This document shows, piece by piece, positions 60,985-64,000 of a stretch of 64,000 nucleotides of DNA. Position numbers and translations under genes: made by a program. The stretch lies in contig CAZTXT010000001.1 in assembly GCA_964617735.1 (NCBI GenBank), positions 267,589 through 331,588 on the forward strand, in the 5' to 3' direction. The notes below the pieces were generated by a model. It made no database searches, had not been told where the DNA came from, and saw only the letters and a list, made by a program, of their open reading frames with translations. Each line of letters begins with the position of its first letter. Position 1 is the stretch's first letter. The DNA is from an uncultured Candidatus Saccharibacteria bacterium (GTDB lineage Bacteria > Patescibacteriota > Minisyncoccia > Phycocordibacterales > DSPV01).

Positions 60985-61050
60985 AGCATTCCTCCTATAT
61001 AGTCTGTGCGGAGCTTACCACGTATAGCTTTTTTTGTTATAGTTGAGCTT

Positions 61051-62445
61051 ATGGAAAGAACTCTTATAGAGGATTTGCGTAGCAGAGTGGGTGCCCAAGT
61101 GAAAATCGCCGGCTGGGTGGATGTGCGCCGCGACCACGGCAAGCTTATTTTTATTGACCTGCGCGATAGCTCGGGCAAAGTGCAAATGGTCGCACTCCCG
61201 AACCACCAAGAAGCGCATGAAGCCGCCAACACAGTTCGCCCCGAGTGGGTAATAGAAGTGACGGGTACGGTCAACGAACGACCGGCGAAAATGGTGAACA
61301 AGAACGAGCCTAACGGCAATGTCGAGATCGAAGTTCTCTCGCTTACAGTGCTCAACCAAGCAGAAACACCACCCCTCGACGTTCGCGGCGATGGCAAAGA
61401 TATCGGCGAAGAAGTGCGCCTCAAGTACCGCTATTTGGACCTGCGTCGGCCACGGATGCAGAAAAATATCCGCAATCGCGCTAAAGTTCAGCAATTCGTG
61501 CGCACTGAATTCGCGAAACGTGGATTTGTAGAAATAGAAACGCCGCTCCTTTCCGCGACGACCCCCGAGGGCTCGCGCGACTATGTGGTGCCTTCCCGAC
61601 TCGATAAGGGAAAATTCTATTCACTGCCGCAATCTCCCCAGCAGTACAAGCAACTCTTGATGGCCGCAGGGTTTGAGAAATATTTCCAGTTCGCGCGGTG
61701 CATGCGCGACGAGGATACGCGGGGCGACCGCCAGCCCGAGTTCACACAACTTGATATGGAAATGAGTTTTGTCGAACGCGAGGATGTAATGGCCGTCAAC
61801 GAAGAAATCCTCATTGAAACAGTCAAGAATGTGTATCCAGAGAAGAAAATTCAGGAAATCCCGTTCCCGCGCATGACCTATGCCGAAGCGATGAAAAAAT
61901 ACAATTCCGACAAGCCGGACATCCGCAAGGACAAGAACGACCCTAATCTTCTTGCATTCCTCTGGATTATTGATTTCCCATTCTTTGAGAAAGATGAGGA
62001 AACAAAAGGGTGGACGTTCTCGCACAATCCATTCTCCGCACCACAGTCAGAGCACATGGAGTGGCTTCTCGCGAAGAAAAATATTCCCGAGATTCTAACG
62101 ACGCAGTACGATATCGTGATGAATGGATTCGAGATCGGGGGTGGAAGTATTCGTAACCACCGGCCGGAAGCGCTCAAGGCAGTATTCCAGATCATGGGTT
62201 ATGACGACGCGCGTATCGAGCGTGATTTCGGCCATATGCTCGCCGCCCTTGGTTCCGGCACGCCGCCGCACGGCGGCATCGCATGGGGTTTCGACCGTCT
62301 CATGATGCTTTTGGAAAATGAGCCGAACATCCGCGAAGTAATCGCATTCGCCAAGACGGGCGAAGGCCGCGATCTCATGATGAACGCGCCGTCGTCTCTT
62401 GACCCGAAGCGGTTGAAAGAGCTTGGGATAAAGGTTGATAAATAA
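61051..62445 (+). CDS. aspS: Aspartate-tRNA ligase, bacterial type lacking the GAD insertion, probably non-discriminating
   Basis: RRDHGKLIFIDLRD, RLKYRYLDLRR, TPEGSRD, LPQSPQQYKQLLM, DRQPEFTQLD, PPHGGIAWGFDRL; SDKPDIR is followed almost directly by FLWIIDFP. Confidence 0.97.
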   Translation: MERTLIEDLRSRVGAQVKIAGWVDVRRDHGKLIFIDLRDSSGKVQMVALPNHQEAHEAANTVRPEWVIEVTGTVNERPAKMVNKNEPNGNVEIEVLSLTVLNQAETPPLDVRGDGKDIGEEVRLKYRYLDLRRPRMQKNIRNRAKVQQFVRTEFAKRGFVEIETPLLSATTPEGSRDYVVPSRLDKGKFYSLPQSPQQYKQLLMAAGFEKYFQFARCMRDEDTRGDRQPEFTQLDMEMSFVEREDVMAVNEEILIETVKNVYPEKKIQEIPFPRMTYAEAMKKYNSDKPDIRKDKNDPNLLAFLWIIDFPFFEKDEETKGWTFSHNPFSAPQSEHMEWLLAKKNIPEILTTQYDIVMNGFEIGGGSIRNHRPEALKAVFQIMGYDDARIERDFGHMLAALGSGTPPHGGIAWGFDRLMMLLENEPNIREVIAFAKTGEGRDLMMNAPSSLDPKRLKELGIKVDK

Positions 62446-62525
62446 AATGCCCCCGCCTTGCCTCAGCAAAGCGGGGACGTATTCTGCCCCCCCAGTGGGG
62501 TTCCATAACTAACCTATGTTATCCA
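62444..62525 (-). ncRNA. Candidate small RNA convergent on aspS
   Basis: Minus-strand TTGACA-N16-TATACT (62558-62531), two small hairpins, terminator 62446-62484 with a U-tract. Confidence 0.45.
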
Positions 62526-62618
62526 CCGCCAGTATACAGATTTCCAAACCCCTGTCAAATTCTTTGAGTCGCTCTCTTCACGGAATTTTCATGCCCATAA
62601 TTCTATCTATTTAATTTT

Positions 62619-63404
62619 ATGAAAAAGAATATCATATGGACGATTGTCGCAATCATTGTCGCTGCAGGCGCATGGTATTTTCTGGTGAATTACGGGTCGC
62701 CTAAGCAAATGAGCACGGTCAACACGTTCGAGGAGTGCGCCGCAGCAGGGTACCCGATTATGGAAAGTTACCCGCGCCAGTGCAAGACCCCGGACGGGAG
62801 GACATTCACTGAAGTCATCGAAAAACCCTCTGACCACAGCGATCTTATCATAGTAGATTCTCCAAAAGAGAACGATTCGGTATCAAGTCCTCTTGTTGTG
62901 AAAGGAAAGGCCCGTGGAAACTGGTATTTTGAAGCATCATTCCCAATCCAGCTCACAAAACTTGATGGCACCGTCCTCGTTCAAGCTCCCGCGCAGGCGC
63001 AAGGGGATTGGATGACCACAGAGTTTGTGCCATTTGAGGTAACGCTGAAATTTACAAAAGATCAGATCCCTAATATCCAGTGTATACGTGCGCCCTGCAA
63101 TAATGCAGTGCTTGTGCTCAAAAAAGATAATCCTTCCGGATTGCCGGAGAATGAAGACAGCATTTCAATACCTATCACGCTAAGTCCAGTTGCTACCGGA
63201 GGAGAAGTGCTCTCTTCGTGCCGTCCGACCGGGTGCAGTGGAGAAGTTTGTTCCGATGAGCCTGTGGTTTCCACCTGTGTGTATCGCGCGGAGTATGCGT
63301 GCTATAAGAATGCGAACTGTGCGCGTCAATCTAATGGAAAGTGCGGATGGACGCAGACTGCGGCGCTCCTACAATGTCTCAAATCACCCCCGCCGATTCA
63401 ATAG
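62619..63404 (+). CDS. Single-pass protein with a Gmad2 Ig-like domain and a Cys-rich C-terminal domain
   Basis: FEECAAAGYPIMESYPRQC; SPLVVKGKARGNWYFEASFP...KDNPSG; CRPTGCSGEVC...CGW. Confidence 0.85.
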   Translation: MKKNIIWTIVAIIVAAGAWYFLVNYGSPKQMSTVNTFEECAAAGYPIMESYPRQCKTPDGRTFTEVIEKPSDHSDLIIVDSPKENDSVSSPLVVKGKARGNWYFEASFPIQLTKLDGTVLVQAPAQAQGDWMTTEFVPFEVTLKFTKDQIPNIQCIRAPCNNAVLVLKKDNPSGLPENEDSISIPITLSPVATGGEVLSSCRPTGCSGEVCSDEPVVSTCVYRAEYACYKNANCARQSNGKCGWTQTAALLQCLKSPPPIQ

Positions 63405-63919
63405 AATCAGGCGGTATCGGTGTCATCCCGACTGACACGATCTACGGTCTCGTCGGCTCGGCTCTCAAGCCAGAGACTATTGAGAGAATCTATCGTGTAC
63501 GTGAGCGCTCAACAGGCAAGCCATTCATTGTTCTTATTGGAGAGATACGCGACCTGGTACAATTCGGTATTAGACCCGATACGGTCCTGCGTGAGTTTCT
63601 TGAGAAAAACTGGCCAGGTCCGGTGAGCATCATCCTCCCCGTCGTCGGCGATGAGTGGAGGTATGTGCACCGGGGAAAAGAAAGCATTGCATTCCGTCTG
63701 CCTGATACCGAAGCTCTTCAAGAGCTTCTATCGAAGACCGGTCCTCTGGTTGCTCCCAGTGCCAATCCCGAAGGCAGGCCGCCCGCGAGGACTATTGCAG
63801 AAGCAAAAGCGTATTTCGGAGATCGTGTTGATTTTTACGTGGATGGAGGAACTATAAACGCTAAACCTTCTAAATTAGTGGCGTACCGGCAGGGAGAGGT
63901 GGTAACCTTGAGAGAATGA
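63374..63919 (+). CDS. tsaC: L-threonylcarbamoyladenylate synthase (TsaC/YrdC)
   Basis: IPTDTIYGL, R...KP, WPGP, AFRLP, PSANPEG, PSK; start approximate. Confidence 0.92.
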   Translation: MSQITPADSIESGGIGVIPTDTIYGLVGSALKPETIERIYRVRERSTGKPFIVLIGEIRDLVQFGIRPDTVLREFLEKNWPGPVSIILPVVGDEWRYVHRGKESIAFRLPDTEALQELLSKTGPLVAPSANPEGRPPARTIAEAKAYFGDRVDFYVDGGTINAKPSKLVAYRQGEVVTLRE

Positions 63920-64000
63920 AAAAGGACACTTCATGGAATGCGGTAGCCGATTGGTATGATGATGTGGTTTCTGATGTGGAAAGCTATCAGCAGGAAGTCA
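63916..64000 (+). CDS. 5' fragment of a probable class I SAM-dependent methyltransferase
   Basis: ATGA overlap with tsaC; MKKDTSWNAVADWYDDVV..SYQQEV resembles methyltransferase N-termini; truncated by the window edge. Confidence 0.55.
   Translation, partial: MKKDTSWNAVADWYDDVVSDVESYQQEV

Overview
This 64-kb window reads as chromosomal DNA from a small-genome bacterium, most likely Patescibacteria/CPR of the Parcubacteria type. This is an inference from: standard code with TGA as stop and an RF2 gene; shortened RF2, AspRS and ATP synthase delta/epsilon; many leaderless-looking genes; and many single-pass hypothetical proteins. Housekeeping content: 4 tRNAs (Asp-GTC, Thr-GGT, Thr-CGT, Gln-CTG), prfB, ftsEX, pyrG, a complete but repeatedly interrupted F1Fo ATP synthase locus, aspS, tsaC, msrA and ccdA with a DipZ-like redoxin. 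It also holds two ECF sigma/anti-sigma pairs, a MacAB-like exporter, two GT2 enzymes, and several large surface proteins (FN3/SH3b/beta-helix; PG-binding plus glycoside hydrolase; HAF-repeat hydrolase). No rRNA, CRISPR array, integrase, transposase or reverse transcriptase was recognised. The most notable observations are: (1) a T-box riboswitch with its own promoter that drives a 98-aa Cys-rich gene rather than an aminoacyl-tRNA synthetase, inserted between atpI and atpB; (2) an orphan gene whose 3' end carries a DGR variable-region signature and a downstream hairpin, with no RT or template repeat in the window; (3) an AT-rich cassette (AONS-family PLP enzyme, amidohydrolase, 7TM sensor) that appears spliced onto a resident histidine-kinase core, a candidate signal synthase/receptor module; (4) a shared palindromic mini-element behind two different tRNAs, each carrying inverted and direct copies of that tRNA's own 3' end; (5) a synonymously recoded duplicate of the atpB 3' end bracketing a 1.26-kb islet; (6) a membrane-anchored stand-alone FtsK-gamma protein coupled to atpD; (7) two promoter-to-terminator candidate sRNAs. 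All calls come from reading motifs by eye; no database searches were run.
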